Shown: positions 1 to 9,926 of the stretch, one piece after another | Position numbering within the stretch: position 1 is the first letter of the stretch | Layout of the letters: the number at the start of each line of letters is the position of its first letter | From: a virus | Length of the DNA stretch: 64,000 nt | Reading direction: 5' to 3' (one strand) | Virus record (IMG/VR): IMGVR_UViG_3300046753_000522 | Location: 1-64,000 of that record | Notes under the pieces: model-generated | Told to the model about the DNA's origin: nothing | Database searches by the model: none | What the model saw: only the letters and a program-made list of their open reading frames with translations | Program-made: the position numbers and the translations under genes

Positions 1-27
1 TGACCCCCCCCCCCCTTTCTGCAGGCA

Positions 28-58
28 TAAAAAACCCCCCACTGTTTCCAGTGGGGGG
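28..58 (-). terminator. Rho-independent terminator downstream of major capsid gene
   Basis: Minus strand reads CCCCCCACTG-GAAA-CAGTGGGGGG then a T-run; GNRA loop; about 80 nt after the gp23 stop. Confidence 0.9.
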
Positions 59-137
59 CAAGGTGTCGGGTAAGTTCCGTTTCCGGTTGTTTTTATTATA
101 AATCCTTTGTACTCTGGATCCCGATCTTTTTAGTATC

Positions 138-1508
138 TTACACAGTTACCAGCAGGTTGTCTACGCGGAAGATTCTGTAGTACTGGTTAGTCTTAGGTGC
201 TGCAAGACCGTCAGCAGGAGTGTCACCAACGAAGGGGTTGGATGCCATTCCGTAACGAGTCTTAAACCCGATACGTGGTTGGAAGTCATTCTCGCCAACG
301 GCACGTACCATCTGCAGAGGAACGTATGGGCAGTAGAAAACACCTGCGTCATATGGGTTAGTTCCCTTGTAACCGACAGTTACATAGTCAGCAACCGCAT
401 AGGGGTCGATGTAGACCTTGATGCGACCGTTCAGAACACCAGCAAAAGTGTTACCAGTGTCATCTACTTGCAACTGAGTTGACAGAGCAGGAGCGTAGTC
501 CAGAGTACCAGAGGCAACAAGAGCAGTCGCTACGTCAGAAGAACAGATAACGATGTTACCCTTCCCGCGACGAGTTTCTTTTGCGATTGCGTTGCACTCG
601 CGATCCAGTTGAACCAGCAGACCTTTGAACTTCTCAACAGACCAACGACCATCAGCGTCCGTAGACAGGTCGAAGATTCCAGGAGTGGTGCAGTTTGCAG
701 TTTGAGCACCAGTCTTTGCTTGACTGTTGATAGTACGGATAACCTCACGGTTGATCTCAGCAAGAATCTCTACTGACAAGATGTTAGCGAGTTCTGCTTC
801 AGCGTCCAGACCGTGGATTGCCTTCAGGTCTTGAGCAAGTTCGATGGTGTATTCTGCTTTCAGCGCACGAGACTTGGCAGTTACAGTTGCCTTCTCGATG
901 GTGAAACCCATCTCGCCCCACTCAGTGCCTGTGTTACCCAGTGCTTCTGCATCTTGAGTAGGCATGCCGATACCGAAGTCGTCTACGCGACGGTTGTCTT
1001 CGATCGGAGCAGAGATTCCGTCAAGACCAGAAGGACCACCAGCGTGCGGAGCACCAGCAGTAGCACCAATTGAGTCATTGGGGATACCAGCGTAGGCAGT
1101 TTCTGCTTCTTGGAACAATGCTTCTGAGTCAGGACCAGTACCGTGGTGTGCTTGCATACCACCATTACCATCTTTCTCGCCTTCATAGCGTGACTTCATG
1201 GCGAAGATCAGACCAGTAGGACCAGACATTGGTTGTACACCACAAACATCGTATGCCATCAGGTTAGGCATAGCACGTCGAACGAGACTAATCAGAACGG
1301 GGTTCCAGTTATCTACGTTGCCAGTGTTGTTAGCAGCAGTTTCCATAAGGAAAGACTGTTGACTGCCTTCAGCAATCATCGCCTTCTCTTGGTTTTCAAG
1401 AACAGCAGCAGTTACGTTACGACGATGTCGCTCTTCGATCTTGCCTGCAGTTTCTTCGTTAAGTACTGGACTCCACTTCTGGACCAGTGATTCGTAGTTA
1501 AGTTCCAT
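138..1508 (-). CDS. gp23: Major capsid protein (T4 gp23-like)
   Basis: Motifs KWSPVL, LISLVRRAMPNLMAYDVCGVQPMSGPTGLIFAM, AKSRALKAEYTIELAQDLKAIHGLDAEAEL, FYCPYVPLQM, FQPRIGFKTRYG. Confidence 0.98.
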   Translation of the reverse strand: MELNYESLVQKWSPVLNEETAGKIEERHRRNVTAAVLENQEKAMIAEGSQQSFLMETAANNTGNVDNWNPVLISLVRRAMPNLMAYDVCGVQPMSGPTGLIFAMKSRYEGEKDGNGGMQAHHGTGPDSEALFQEAETAYAGIPNDSIGATAGAPHAGGPSGLDGISAPIEDNRRVDDFGIGMPTQDAEALGNTGTEWGEMGFTIEKATVTAKSRALKAEYTIELAQDLKAIHGLDAEAELANILSVEILAEINREVIRTINSQAKTGAQTANCTTPGIFDLSTDADGRWSVEKFKGLLVQLDRECNAIAKETRRGKGNIVICSSDVATALVASGTLDYAPALSTQLQVDDTGNTFAGVLNGRIKVYIDPYAVADYVTVGYKGTNPYDAGVFYCPYVPLQMVRAVGENDFQPRIGFKTRYGMASNPFVGDTPADGLAAPKTNQYYRIFRVDNLLVTV

Positions 1509-1526
1509 TTGTTATTCTCCTAAAAC

Positions 1527-2570
1527 TTACTTGGGTTGAGTGTTGCGAATAGCAGTCAGGTATCGTTCCATAGAGGGAGCAACGTCTTCAGTTACTGCGC
1601 CAACAGCATCCTGATCGAGTTGATCTTCTTCTACTTCTTCAGATACGACAGATTGGTTAAAGAACGATTCCTTGACGGTTTCTACCTTGTCACGGAACTG
1701 CTCTTCGGTTTCAAAGTCTAATGATGCTACCAATGCAGTTAACTTCTCTGCTTGAGTGTCAGCAAGGTCACTTACAGACTCGGCGATAATCGCCTCACGC
1801 TGAAGTTCCTCGATCTTCTCAGACATTTGAATTGCATCAGTAGTAGTCTTGTTGAGTGCTTCCTCGAGTTCCTCAACTTGATCAGCGAGGTCGTCGACGA
1901 GGTCAACTTTGGTTTCTGGTACGTCGATGTAAGACTCAACGAACAGGTCTTTCATACCTGTCATAAAGGTCTCAGCGATCTCGGTACGCAGACCGTTGTG
2001 AATGGCGACTTTGTTGTCTTCCATCCACTGCTCAACAACATAGTTAAGGTAGGAATCTACTTTTTCAACAAGGTCAGTGCGATGAGATTCTACTTCCTCA
2101 TCTAACTTCTCTTGATAAGCAGACTCGATCCTCTCCACTTCTTCAGACAGTTTGCTCTTCAGAGTTGCCTCGAAGATCACGGCAGTTTTTGCTTTGAACT
2201 CATCGCTGAGTGTCGCTTCAGACTCAACCAACGCGTCGAGATCTTGGGTGTAAGACACTTCACTTTCGTCAAAGTCTTCATCCAGATCGACGGATTCGCC
2301 CATCAGTTTACCGTAGGCATCAGAAAGGTCTTGCTTCTTCATGCCGTTCAATTTACCGTACATAGCGTTGATCATACCTGCCTTTGTCTTTGGAAGATGT
2401 GAAGGTTCGCTGTTCTTCTTGTCGCCCTTACGTGCTGGCGCTTGAGAAGTGCCATCTGCTGCCTTGTCTACAGACGCAACAGATTGTGCTTCAGCGTTCT
2501 TCATATCATGCCCTTCTTCCACGGAAATTTCACTCTCAGCGTGGAGTTCAGGATTTTCGATGTTATCCAT
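1527..2570 (-). CDS. gp22: Prohead core scaffold protein (T4 gp22-like); start re-called to ATG at 2570 (MDNIENP)
   Basis: Acidic coiled coil with LSDEFKAKTAVIFE and LVEKVDSYLNYVVEQWM; between gp21 and gp23; AAGGAG RBS at about 2577-2582; the longer 2639 start overlaps gp21. Confidence 0.92.
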   Translation of the reverse strand: MDNIENPELHAESEISVEEGHDMKNAEAQSVASVDKAADGTSQAPARKGDKKNSEPSHLPKTKAGMINAMYGKLNGMKKQDLSDAYGKLMGESVDLDEDFDESEVSYTQDLDALVESEATLSDEFKAKTAVIFEATLKSKLSEEVERIESAYQEKLDEEVESHRTDLVEKVDSYLNYVVEQWMEDNKVAIHNGLRTEIAETFMTGMKDLFVESYIDVPETKVDLVDDLADQVEELEEALNKTTTDAIQMSEKIEELQREAIIAESVSDLADTQAEKLTALVASLDFETEEQFRDKVETVKESFFNQSVVSEEVEEDQLDQDAVGAVTEDVAPSMERYLTAIRNTQPK

Positions 2571-2580
2571 ATTGGACTCC

Positions 2581-3240
2581 TTAAAAGGTTCTCTTAATAG
2601 ATGAGAGGAAATTTTTGAACTCCCGTGCCTGATCCTCATAAGAGTATTCAGGAGAAGTTATGATTTCAGTCTCTTGTTCTTCACATATCTCTTGAGCGGT
2701 AAGTACGCCATTGTCCCAGACCCAATCTACACCTTCCATGATACCATTAACAAATGCTCCTGGTGCGGATGGATCTTGCACGATGTCAACCGTGCTGAGG
2801 ACAAAGTCGTCTTTGACATACATGGATCCACCACGCTGCTCAAGACTACCCATTCCACGAGTTGAGACACCAAGGTTGACACCACCCTCAAGGAGACCTT
2901 TTACAATCTTACCCATAGGAGTGTCTAGTATTGATGCCTTTCCGACCACATCATTGCCCTCAAAGTGGAGGTCAGTGATAAGGTGCGAAACTTTGTCGAG
3001 GTTGACGGTTGGACCTTCAGGGTGGTTCAACTCGCCTACTGCTCGATTCTTTGATACTTGCTCATCAACATACTTTGCTACTGCGTTCTCCATGATCTTG
3101 CGAGGATAAACGCGACCGTTGCGATTCTTCTGCTCTGCTTGAGCAAAGACGCCTTCAATGACATAAGACTTCTCACCGTTCTTATTTTTCTCGACAATGC
3201 ATTGTACATTGTTCTCATTGAATTCTGCGATAAGTTTCAT
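2581..3240 (-). CDS. gp21: Prohead protease (T4 gp21-like)
   Basis: IEGVFAQAEQKNRNGRVYP, GELNHP, GVSTRGMGS, DIVQDPSAPGAFVNGIME. Confidence 0.96.
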   Translation of the reverse strand: MKLIAEFNENNVQCIVEKNKNGEKSYVIEGVFAQAEQKNRNGRVYPRKIMENAVAKYVDEQVSKNRAVGELNHPEGPTVNLDKVSHLITDLHFEGNDVVGKASILDTPMGKIVKGLLEGGVNLGVSTRGMGSLEQRGGSMYVKDDFVLSTVDIVQDPSAPGAFVNGIMEGVDWVWDNGVLTAQEICEEQETEIITSPEYSYEDQAREFKNFLSSIKRTF

Positions 3241-3446
3241 GTAAGTTCCTTGATGGCAGTATCGATTGACTTTTTTGCGTCCCTTGCATTACGAAACTTG
3301 TCGAGGTAATCACCATCAATGTAGGCATGGTAACCCCGAGAGTCTTTAGAGATTTCCCACTTGACCCTTTTGGTTCTACCAGAGTCAACAGGCGTTCCCT
3401 TTATTCTCGTTCTAGTTCTTTCTCGTAATGCGCGAAATGCAATCAT
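3237..3446 (-). CDS. Small basic hypothetical protein in the gp68 position
   Basis: 69 aa; stop overlaps the gp21 start; preceded by a late promoter; identity by synteny only. Confidence 0.6.
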   Translation of the reverse strand: MIAFRALRERTRTRIKGTPVDSGRTKRVKWEISKDSRGYHAYIDGDYLDKFRNARDAKKSIDTAIKELT

Positions 3447-3452
3447 AGTCTT

Positions 3453-3460
3453 TATTTATA
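3453..3460 (-). promoter_or_regulatory. T4-type late promoter TATAAATA
   Basis: Perfect consensus in the gap upstream of the 69aa-gp21-gp22-gp23 run. Confidence 0.85.
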
Positions 3461-3871
3461 CTATTCCGTTTCTTCTAATTCATCTTCTTCAGCAAAGATT
3501 TCGTCAACCTCTGCCTGGATTTCCTCATCAGAAATATCAAGATCGACATCTTCATCGTCCATCTCGTCTACGACCTCACCCTCATCGTCCATTTCCATAT
3601 CAGGATCGGTATTCTCTCCGTCAAAGGGTTCGGGTTCAGGTGCGCCATTGAATACCGTGTCCGCAATTGCGATCTTTTCTGCATCAAGTGCAGCATCAAC
3701 CTTTTGTGCCAGCAGGTCGGCAAGTTCTTTCCCGCCCCGAGTAAGGTCGCCACTACCGATAGAACCGACAAGGTCTTCAACAGAGACAACAACAGGGTCT
3801 TGGGTTACGTTGGCATGTGGGTTCATCTCTACTTCTGGGACTGTTCCCTGTTCCATAATTTCTTCACTCAT
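3461..3871 (-). CDS. Highly acidic prohead core protein (gp67 position)
   Basis: Directly downstream of the portal gene; D/E-rich C-terminus. Confidence 0.65.
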   Translation of the reverse strand: MSEEIMEQGTVPEVEMNPHANVTQDPVVVSVEDLVGSIGSGDLTRGGKELADLLAQKVDAALDAEKIAIADTVFNGAPEPEPFDGENTDPDMEMDDEGEVVDEMDDEDVDLDISDEEIQAEVDEIFAEEDELEETE

Positions 3872-3874
3872 TAT

Positions 3875-5467
3875 CTACTCCTTTGCATTATCGTCATGGT
3901 CGTCAGGATTAACTTCTCCCGACTCAATTTCTTTCTTCATTTGACGGTTCATTGCATCAATCTCTTCCTTATTGAACCGGAAGATTTTCTGCATCACCCA
4001 ATCTTTAGATAGGTACTCTCCAACATACTGTGCTGCCTGATCCATTACATTCAGTCTCTCACGGAATACTTCAGCATCCTTCAGTTCAGTATAGTGGTTG
4101 TCCTTATAGAAGTCTACCATAATTTTGTTGTGGAACAACTCCAACCAGTCACTGTCAGTAATGATACCTTTGAGGATCAACTGCTGTCGTAGTGGTTGTA
4201 GAAGCACCTTTGCAAAACGCAATCTCAATCGAGTGATAAACTTCTGGAACTTAATTTCTTCTCGGTTTATCTCAGTAGCACGACCAAGAGAGTATGCTTG
4301 CTCCTGCTCAAGGCGAGACACAGGTACGTTGAGTGCCTGATACACCTTGCGCTGGAAGTATTTGATATCGTCGATCTCACCGAGGTTCTGACCGCCTGGA
4401 AGCGTAGTCACTTCAGTACCACGACCACCTTCACGACGAGGCAACCAGAAGTCGTCAAGCATGGACATATGCTTACGAGTGTCCTTCAGTTCGCCCGTGC
4501 TGTTATCATACACCAACTTGTTTCGGTATCGCGACATCAGTGTGTTGACGTATGCTTCTGCCTTACCCTTGGGCAAGTTACCAACGTCGACATAAAAGAT
4601 ACGACGTTCGGGAGCACGTGCCAGACGGTAGATGATCAACGAGTCTTCCATCATACGCAACTGGTTAATAGGGCGCAGTGCCTTCTGTAGATGAGAGATG
4701 ACCTTTGACTTCATCTCGTCGAGCAGACCAGAGGTTACATAGACCACTGAGTCGTTGCTCAACTTGACAGCAGTGTTAGTGTTCTGTGCTGCTGCTACTC
4801 CACCTGGACCACATCCACCTGCATTCTCTGCATAGATGTAGAACTCTTCAACCGTATGTACTATCTTGACGCCAGTCTCTTTATCCTTCTTCTTCTTTAC
4901 ATTCTTGACCTTACGGATCTTGACTGAGTCGATGTAGCGGATTTCTTTCAGACCTTGCTTCGGGTTATCTTCCTCGATTACAAGGTGGTGGTACAGACGA
5001 CCGTCGATGTACCAGTTACGGAACATGTCGTGTGCCCTTTCTTCGAACGACAGCATTTTACGGATGTTCTTGAATTCTTCCTCAACCTTCTTTTTAATTG
5101 AAGATGAGATTTCCACTGCGTCAAGGTTTAGTTTGACGAGTGGCATTAGAGATTCTTGTGGGTTGACAATTGCTTCGTTAACAATCTCTTCGATTGCCAT
5201 GTCCACTTCTGGGTGAACCGCAACTGCTCTGTATTTGCGAATTAGATCTGCCTGATCTTTGATTTGGAGATCAGCATAGATGTCCATGTATGTACCATAG
5301 TGGTACGATGGGGACGTAACATAACCAGCGCCATCATCATCTGTGGGAGCAACAACCGAAGCATCCTTTACAGGTTCAATTGCTTCTTGGTCTTTCTTTG
5401 CTCGCCTAATCTCAAAACCAAATATCTTCAAATTCTTTCCGACGTTTGGGTTACTGATTTCTGCCAT
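3875..5467 (-). CDS. gp20: Portal vertex protein (T4 gp20-like)
   Basis: NQLRMMEDSLIIYRLARAPERRIFYVDVGNLPK, DFWLPRREGGRGTEVTTLPGGQNLGEIDD. Confidence 0.97.
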   Translation of the reverse strand: MAEISNPNVGKNLKIFGFEIRRAKKDQEAIEPVKDASVVAPTDDDGAGYVTSPSYHYGTYMDIYADLQIKDQADLIRKYRAVAVHPEVDMAIEEIVNEAIVNPQESLMPLVKLNLDAVEISSSIKKKVEEEFKNIRKMLSFEERAHDMFRNWYIDGRLYHHLVIEEDNPKQGLKEIRYIDSVKIRKVKNVKKKKDKETGVKIVHTVEEFYIYAENAGGCGPGGVAAAQNTNTAVKLSNDSVVYVTSGLLDEMKSKVISHLQKALRPINQLRMMEDSLIIYRLARAPERRIFYVDVGNLPKGKAEAYVNTLMSRYRNKLVYDNSTGELKDTRKHMSMLDDFWLPRREGGRGTEVTTLPGGQNLGEIDDIKYFQRKVYQALNVPVSRLEQEQAYSLGRATEINREEIKFQKFITRLRLRFAKVLLQPLRQQLILKGIITDSDWLELFHNKIMVDFYKDNHYTELKDAEVFRERLNVMDQAAQYVGEYLSKDWVMQKIFRFNKEEIDAMNRQMKKEIESGEVNPDDHDDNAKE

Positions 5468-5491
5468 TAGGAATTACCTTGTTAGTGAAAT

Positions 5492-5517
5492 TGGGGAGGA
5501 GGTTTCCCCCCTCCCCA
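5492..5517 (-). terminator. GC-rich hairpin after the tail tube gene (probable terminator or attenuator)
   Basis: TGGGGAGG...CCTCCCCA stem; weak U-tract. Confidence 0.6.
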
Positions 5518-5532
5518 GTACTTATACCACCA

Positions 5533-6078
5533 TTAGTTGGTGTTATCGTTGACCCAGTAATCGTATTCGATTGTAACCTGGAACTGCTCGATTTCGCCAA
5601 CCTGCGCGAAGTCGAGGTCGATAGCAGCAACGTTGGTCGGAAAAGCATTACGCAGGAAATAAGTCATTACCTGCTTGCCCTTCTGATCCAACTGGTGTAC
5701 TTCGATGTTTGACGCATAGCGTCCGAGACCCGAGTTGTTTGACTGCTCGCCTTCGTTACCGATATGGGTGTTCAGTCCGTCCATCCATTTTTCGAATGCA
5801 CTTCGAACAGCGAAGTCCGTATCGTTATAGACGGTGATCGTCCAAGGTTCGAAGGTACGGTCACCTGCTAACTTAACGATTCGTCCACGGAAGGGTACTT
5901 CAACCAGACCAATGATTGACGCGGGCAACTGTGCACTACGACACATGAAACTCGTGATTTCGGTATCACCACCTGCATAACCAGGGAAGGTGACATCGAC
6001 AGAGAACATGTTGGAGCGTGCACCGCCACCAGTCAGTTTGCTTCGGAAATCGTCGACTCTAATTGGAACTTGTGCCAT
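5533..6078 (-). CDS. gp19: Tail tube protein (T4 gp19-like)
   Basis: GGARSNMF, VPFRGRIVKLAGDRTFEPWTITVYND, IEQFQVTIEYDYW. Confidence 0.96.
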   Translation of the reverse strand: MAQVPIRVDDFRSKLTGGGARSNMFSVDVTFPGYAGGDTEITSFMCRSAQLPASIIGLVEVPFRGRIVKLAGDRTFEPWTITVYNDTDFAVRSAFEKWMDGLNTHIGNEGEQSNNSGLGRYASNIEVHQLDQKGKQVMTYFLRNAFPTNVAAIDLDFAQVGEIEQFQVTIEYDYWVNDNTN

Positions 6079-6092
6079 TTTTCAATTCTCCT

Positions 6093-7871
6093 TTAGAAGT
6101 TGACTCGCTGAACGATCTCTTCAAAGTCTGCACCAGTACGTGTTGCCACGAAGTTCAGAGTGATGAAGTTGATAGAACGTGCGGGTTTGACGAAAATCGT
6201 AGCAACCATCTCGTTACGATCGATGACTTCAGGTGTGTTGTTCTGCTCATCACACTGTACAAAGAAGTCTTGAATACCACGACGACCTTGAATCTCGCGA
6301 AGGAGCGGTTCAACAATACCTACGAACTCGGAGCGAGTAAACTCGTCGTTGAATTCGAACAGGAAGTTACGAGCAGCAACAGAGATAGACTTCTCGAGGG
6401 CAAGGAACAAACGACGGACGTTGATGCGATCAAACGCAGACGGACGCGCTAGTTTAGTCTTGTCTCCCCACAGAAGCATACCACGACCAGCATATTGGAT
6501 AATCGGGTTTACGCCCTTCTTATACAATTCGTCTCGGTCTGCTTTACGGGCATTGTATGCCAAGTTTGTTGCACCGAAATACTCACCACGTCGCTCACCA
6601 GCAGGTGAGTACCACGGACCGTAGTTGTAATCGGTTGCCGCCATAATACCAGCAGTGGTAGAGGCAGCGGGAATGTAGATGTAGTTGTCATTGTACTTGT
6701 CGTAAACACGCAAGTAGTTATTGTCAACCGCCAAGTAGGAGGACGCCGAGAAACGATTGGTCGTTGCCAGAGTATCCTGTACAGGGTTGATTGAACCAAC
6801 TACAGCACTACGGTTAGGTGACGCAACTGCCAGACAATCCTTACGGATAGTAGCAGCAATGCTGGTCAGGTCATTTACAATCGTAACCTGATCATCGGGG
6901 TCGTTGAAACCAGGAGCGATCAACATTGAGACGTCAAGAGTTTCTGCGTCTTCAAAGTTATCCCAACCGATCATGTAGTCGCCTACGTCGAGTGCTTGGT
7001 GATCTTGTCCACCGCCCAAAGTAATTGCTGCGGAGTCAGCGGACCACGATACGTTGTCAGCATAGTTTGTTGTTCCAGTGATAGAAGGTGCACTACCCCA
7101 GTTATCGCCATTGGCGAAGTTATCTGAGTCGTACTTACCAAACCAAAGGAAATTAGAGAAACCATTTAGTACGTTGGGGAGATAGTTCTCGCCACCGTCT
7201 ACAGTCTTCGCTCCTTTGGCGACTGAAACGTATGAGAAAGTTTCCAGAACAGTATTCTTAGTGCCAGAGATCAAACCGTTCTCGTCAATGATAGCGACGT
7301 GAGTCTCATCGTTCAATACTGTTCCAGGTTGATTTTTCGCCCATTCGGAAGTTCCAGGAATTGCGTCGAACTTGTCGGCGTATTCCCAATTATCCCATGC
7401 TACAATGGTGTTTGCTGATTCTGCGCTTTCGCCAGACTCAATTGCAAACATAGCAACTTTGATAGAACTCCCAACCAGTCCAGGGTACTTTGCTACGAAC
7501 ATATGAAGAATGCTTTGAGATTCAAAGTCCTCTTCGTTCTTTACAAGCAAACCACCACCGCCTGATGTGGCGTTGAGTGCAGAGTCACCAGTTATTTGAC
7601 CCGTAGGAACTGTCCTGTTGACTATCAAATTTCCTGAATAACGAAGAAACTGTGCTGCGGAGAAATAGTCCACTGCTCGTTCTTCATCAGGAACGCCAAA
7701 CACAGAAGCAAGTTGCTCCTCAGTTTGGACGATAGTCGGAACATCCACGGGACCCCATTTGAATTGCCCAACATATCCCGAAAGAGAGGTGTCGACGTTC
7801 GGGACTACAGGAGTCAGGTCGAATTCTCGGACGATGATTGCAGGAGACAATGAAGGTGCTGTTAATGCCAT
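6093..7871 (-). CDS. gp18: Tail sheath protein (T4 gp18-like)
   Basis: LSPAIIVREFD, FKWGP, PWYSPAG, AFDRINVRRLF, FEFNDEFTR, KPARSINFITLNFVATRTG. Confidence 0.97.
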   Translation of the reverse strand: MALTAPSLSPAIIVREFDLTPVVPNVDTSLSGYVGQFKWGPVDVPTIVQTEEQLASVFGVPDEERAVDYFSAAQFLRYSGNLIVNRTVPTGQITGDSALNATSGGGGLLVKNEEDFESQSILHMFVAKYPGLVGSSIKVAMFAIESGESAESANTIVAWDNWEYADKFDAIPGTSEWAKNQPGTVLNDETHVAIIDENGLISGTKNTVLETFSYVSVAKGAKTVDGGENYLPNVLNGFSNFLWFGKYDSDNFANGDNWGSAPSITGTTNYADNVSWSADSAAITLGGGQDHQALDVGDYMIGWDNFEDAETLDVSMLIAPGFNDPDDQVTIVNDLTSIAATIRKDCLAVASPNRSAVVGSINPVQDTLATTNRFSASSYLAVDNNYLRVYDKYNDNYIYIPAASTTAGIMAATDYNYGPWYSPAGERRGEYFGATNLAYNARKADRDELYKKGVNPIIQYAGRGMLLWGDKTKLARPSAFDRINVRRLFLALEKSISVAARNFLFEFNDEFTRSEFVGIVEPLLREIQGRRGIQDFFVQCDEQNNTPEVIDRNEMVATIFVKPARSINFITLNFVATRTGADFEEIVQRVNF

Positions 7872-7943
7872 CTTGTTATCCTCTTATCGATTAGATATTA
7901 TATGATTCATTATAAGGTCGACACCAGAGTGTTCAATACCCAT

Positions 7944-7951
7944 TATTTATA
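7944..7951 (-). promoter_or_regulatory. T4-type late promoter TATAAATA
   Basis: Perfect consensus upstream of gp18. Confidence 0.85.
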
Positions 7952-7953
7952 AG

Positions 7954-9591
7954 TTACCAGTTTTCCTCAAGTTGACCCTGATTATCGTAGAGTAGACCCC
8001 AAGGGTGCATCTTCTCTTCATACGTTATCTCATCGACCCCACCATTATCGTGCGCACCAAATGGTGGGACATCTGCCTCGATCTCTTGCATTCTCTGATC
8101 AAACATCATCTTCTTGACGTCGATGTCTGTCATCTCCGCGAAGTAGGAGGTTTGTATTAGGTATCCGAACATCACGAGGTTCATTACCAAGTCATCGTGA
8201 CAACCCTCCTTCGCTTCGTAGGAGTTGCCCTTTGCCTCAAAAGTTGAGATCTCGATAATTGAATCTTCGTCTACAACTTCCAAGCGGTTGGTTTCCAGCA
8301 CGTCTTTGAATCCAGAACAACCAAGTCTCTTGGTCTTACGGTTCATCTCCACGCCGATACCTGTCGCCTTCACAGAAGAAGTCATGTGCACGTTCTCATA
8401 CTCCCGCTCATGGTACAGTCCATTGCAGACAAGTTGTCCCGCATCGTTTGATTCAATGACGACATATGCCTCATTGTAGACATTTGCGTACTTATAGATA
8501 ATGTCAGGGAAGAGTAGTGGAGATATCGTGTTATTGCGATACACAGCGACCTGCTTAAATGGTCTGCTGCTAATATCGATTACCGTGAAGGTAGAATAAT
8601 CCTGTCCTCGACCTTTTGCAACATCGACAGTCATGACGTATTGAGATCCCTTACGGGATTCGTCATAGACAAGTAAGTCGCCACCCTCCAAAATTCGTTT
8701 TGGGCGGGATGCCTTTAGATTCAGTAGACAGTCTGCTGAGATAAGTGTATTTCCAGTACCAAAGAAAGTGTTCCCAAACTCCTGATCAAACTGCAACTGT
8801 GAAGTATTATTGACCGTGGTTTCTTTCCACTTCTCGTCTCTTCCAGGAACATCCCACCAGTCAACACGGAACGGAGTAAACTCGTTCACTCCCTGTACCG
8901 CACCTTCCCAAATCTTATGAAACGGATTGCCAATACCATTTGCAGTAGAGGTGATGATCACCTTGGTTTCCTTACCAGATGAGATTACTGGATAGGTCGA
9001 GGTGTAGAACTCGGCAGCACGTTCAACGAACGCAAACTCATCAAGGAACAGCAGGTTGACCGACTGACCACGAATAGAAGAACCAGAAGTAGAAGAGGCG
9101 AATATCTTTGAGTTGTTACTAAACTCGATGCTACCCTTGTTGAGTACCTTACATCCAGGTTGTAGGTAGAAAGGGATGTTCTCCAGCATCAGAGTGATCC
9201 GAGACAGCATTTCCCTCGCAGTTTGACCCTTGTTAGCGAGTATCGCGACATTCTTCTCTGGGTTGAAGAGGGCGTACCAGAGGAGGTATGCAACAGAGGA
9301 GATAGACTTACCTGACTGGCGGCAGGCGAGCACGACGTTAAATCGATTGGAGTTGAAGTGTGTGAACATCTCCTCTTGATACGGATACAGGTCAAAGGGG
9401 ACCAGTCCGTCGTCGAGGTTGATTACCTTGAGGTGAGTTCGGGCAAAGTGGGATGGGTCTGCCATACATCTGGCATACTCAGCAACCTTATCAGTGGTCC
9501 AGTCCTCTTCGATCCCATCCTTTTTAACATTGACATTGCCGAGATAATGAGAATCGTTCCGACTTTTAGTTGTGTCCTGAATCGATTGCAT
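7954..9591 (-). CDS. gp17: Terminase large subunit (T4 gp17-like)
   Basis: Walker A region CRQSGKS, Walker B LLFLDEFAF, STANG, nuclease DVAKGRGQDYS and HDDLVM. Confidence 0.98.
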   Translation of the reverse strand: MQSIQDTTKSRNDSHYLGNVNVKKDGIEEDWTTDKVAEYARCMADPSHFARTHLKVINLDDGLVPFDLYPYQEEMFTHFNSNRFNVVLACRQSGKSISSVAYLLWYALFNPEKNVAILANKGQTAREMLSRITLMLENIPFYLQPGCKVLNKGSIEFSNNSKIFASSTSGSSIRGQSVNLLFLDEFAFVERAAEFYTSTYPVISSGKETKVIITSTANGIGNPFHKIWEGAVQGVNEFTPFRVDWWDVPGRDEKWKETTVNNTSQLQFDQEFGNTFFGTGNTLISADCLLNLKASRPKRILEGGDLLVYDESRKGSQYVMTVDVAKGRGQDYSTFTVIDISSRPFKQVAVYRNNTISPLLFPDIIYKYANVYNEAYVVIESNDAGQLVCNGLYHEREYENVHMTSSVKATGIGVEMNRKTKRLGCSGFKDVLETNRLEVVDEDSIIEISTFEAKGNSYEAKEGCHDDLVMNLVMFGYLIQTSYFAEMTDIDVKKMMFDQRMQEIEADVPPFGAHDNGGVDEITYEEKMHPWGLLYDNQGQLEENW

Positions 9592-9922
9592 CTGGAGTTA
9601 TATCCTTCTCACTATTTACATCTTTCAACAACCTTTGTAGGTCAGTTGTTGAACCGATGAATACATTATTTGTAGTTTCTGCTTTGGGAAGGGCAGCAAC
9701 ATCTTCTTTTTCGATGTCTTTTTTCTGCTTGTGTAGTGTCAACAGTTGATTCGATACGTCAGAAGTATCCTTCAACAGTTTAGAGAGCACCTCGTATGCA
9801 CGAGGGTGCTCGCTCTGTTTGGCAACTTCAAGCATCTCTTCAACACCTTCACGACCCTTACAGATCATGTCATAGAGAGTTTCTCTTGCAAACTCGTAGT
9901 CATTATCTTTATCATCATTCAT
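9566..9922 (-). CDS. gp16: Terminase small subunit (T4 gp16-like)
   Basis: DYEFARETL, SEHPRAYEV, NNVFIGSTTDLQ; overlaps the gp17 start. Confidence 0.93.
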   Translation of the reverse strand: MNDDKDNDYEFARETLYDMICKGREGVEEMLEVAKQSEHPRAYEVLSKLLKDTSDVSNQLLTLHKQKKDIEKEDVAALPKAETTNNVFIGSTTDLQRLLKDVNSEKDITPDAIDSGHN

Positions 9923-9926
9923 TATA

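Noticed and set aside
4-15. Poly-C run at the window start as a phase-variation tract
   Set aside because: It is intergenic and cut by the window edge; more likely half of another hairpin, and it cannot be evaluated here.
2571-2639. N-terminal extension of gp22 given in the ORF track
   Set aside because: It overlaps gp21 and the RBS supports the ATG at 2570.
138-9591. Introns, inteins or homing endonucleases in gp17, gp18, gp20 or gp23
   Set aside because: All are uninterrupted and of ordinary length, with no intein or endonuclease motifs.
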